Of a DNA stretch of 61,591 nt, positions 60,869-61,591 are shown in pieces. The notes beneath the pieces are model-generated. The model saw only the letters and a program-made list of their open reading frames with translations. It ran no database searches and was not told the DNA's origin. Origin of the DNA: Solirubrobacterales bacterium (GTDB lineage Bacteria; Actinomycetota; Thermoleophilia; Solirubrobacterales; 70-9); NCBI GenBank assembly GCA_035996525.1, contig DASYJK010000100.1:1-61591 (forward strand). Direction: 5' to 3'. Numbering within the stretch: the first letter of the stretch is position 1; each line of letters starts with the position of its first letter. Both the position numbers and the translations under genes were made by a program.

Positions 60869-61591
60869 CAGATCGATCCCTCCAGGGTCGCCAGGGCGGC
60901 GCTCACCACGTGCTCCTCGTGGGGAATCGCCGCTTGCTCCAGTCGTTTCGAATACGGCATGTGGACGTCGGCGCCGGTCACCCGCTGCACCGGCGCGTCG
61001 AGGTCGTCGAAGGCCTGCTCGGTGATCAGGGTCGCGAGGTTGGCGCCGACGCCGCCGTGCGGCCAGCCCTCCTCGACGATCACCGCGCGGTTGGTCTTGC
61101 GGACCGACTCGAGGATCGTGTCGAGGTCGAGCGGGCGCAGGGTGCGGGGGTCGATCACCTCGGCCTCGACCCCGTGCTCCTCGGCCAGCACCGCCGCCGC
61201 CCGCTCCGCCACCTGAGCCATCTTCAGCACCCCGACGATGGTCACGTCGCCGCCCTCGCGCCGCACCGCCGCTTCGCCGAAGCGCAGCACCTCGTCGCCG
61301 CCCTCGGGCACCTCGCCTTTGACCCCGTAGAGGCTCTCGTGCTCGATGAAGATGACCGGGTTGTCGTCGCGGATCGCCGCCTTCAGCAGCGCCTTGCCGT
61401 CGGCCGGGGTAGAGGGGCAGGCGACCAGCAGGCCGGGCACCTGCAGGAACAGCGCCTCGAAGCTGTGCGAGTGGGTGGGGCCGAGCTGGTGGCCGCCGCC
61501 GCCCGGCATCCGGATCACCATCGGCACCCGGGCCTGGCCGTTGAACATGTAGGGGATCGCGGCGGCGTGGTTGACGATCTGGTCCAGCGCC
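60868..61591 (-). CDS. 2-oxoacid dehydrogenase E1 beta subunit; N-terminus beyond window end
   Basis: ...HSHSFEALF..VPGL.V..PS.P.D.KGLL..AIRDDNPV.F.EH; stop overlaps E2 start (ATGA). Confidence 0.9.
   Translation of the reverse strand, partial: ALDQIVNHAAAIPYMFNGQARVPMVIRMPGGGGHQLGPTHSHSFEALFLQVPGLLVACPSTPADGKALLKAAIRDDNPVIFIEHESLYGVKGEVPEGGDEVLRFGEAAVRREGGDVTIVGVLKMAQVAERAAAVLAEEHGVEAEVIDPRTLRPLDLDTILESVRKTNRAVIVEEGWPHGGVGANLATLITEQAFDDLDAPVQRVTGADVHMPYSKRLEQAAIPHEEHVVSAALATLEGSI

Overview
No database search, alignment tool or GC calculator was used. All family calls come from motifs I read in the translations, and every GC statement is by eye.

This is a very GC-rich, Actinobacteriota-like chromosomal window. 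It shows many GTG/TTG starts, frequent 1-8 nt start/stop overlaps, and long spurious antisense ORFs.

**1-22.6 kb: mostly ordinary genes.**
- Genes present: a phosphoesterase, a COG4705 membrane protein, a DHA2 MFS exporter, a divergent csoR/copA copper module with its operator, ilvD, and a YciI gene paired with a COG4941 sigma factor.
- Also a GntR/amidohydrolase/cysteine-dioxygenase-like cluster, an FAD monooxygenase, a glycine-rich secreted protein and xthA.
- The stretch is interrupted at 8.0-9.7 kb by a visibly lower-GC islet. It carries a NERD protein and an SRA-like + PD-(D/E)xK nuclease that resembles a type IV restriction enzyme.

**22.0-27.0 kb: decayed and accessory genes.** A lipoprotein gene with an in-frame TAA, frameshifted remnants, a hipBA module behind an AT-rich promoter with a perfect 16-bp palindrome, and an RTX-repeat protein.

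**27122-51187: a ~24 kb integrative, probably mobilisable element.**
- It is inserted in tRNA-Ala(CGC) and bounded by a 44-bp direct repeat that includes the 3' half of the tRNA.
- Mobility genes: a tyrosine integrase, an Xis-like HTH protein, a coupling-protein-like ATPase and a replication-relaxation protein.
- Cargo, in order:
  - a divergent phospholipase-C-like / phospholipase-D-like pair;
  - an orphan helical protein with an Rx4H motif;
  - an XRE + ImmA/IrrE (CapH/CapP-like) pair facing a translationally coupled nucleotidyltransferase / E2-like / single-TM operon;
  - a DUF4041-T5orf172 nuclease gene followed by an SF2 helicase fused to a PD-(D/E)xK nuclease;
  - a convergent type II R-M pair;
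  - an operon with four tandem XRE paralogues.
- The nucleotidyltransferase / E2-like / single-TM operon reads as a minimal CBASS-like system with no recognisable effector or sensor domain. I rate it the best candidate for something undescribed.

**51.3-61.6 kb: ordinary again.** An acidic protein, a DrrAB-like ABC exporter, tRNA-Ala(TGC), lipA-lipB, a large membrane protein, a tyrosinase with a small overlapping partner, and the E2/E1-beta genes of a 2-oxoacid dehydrogenase.
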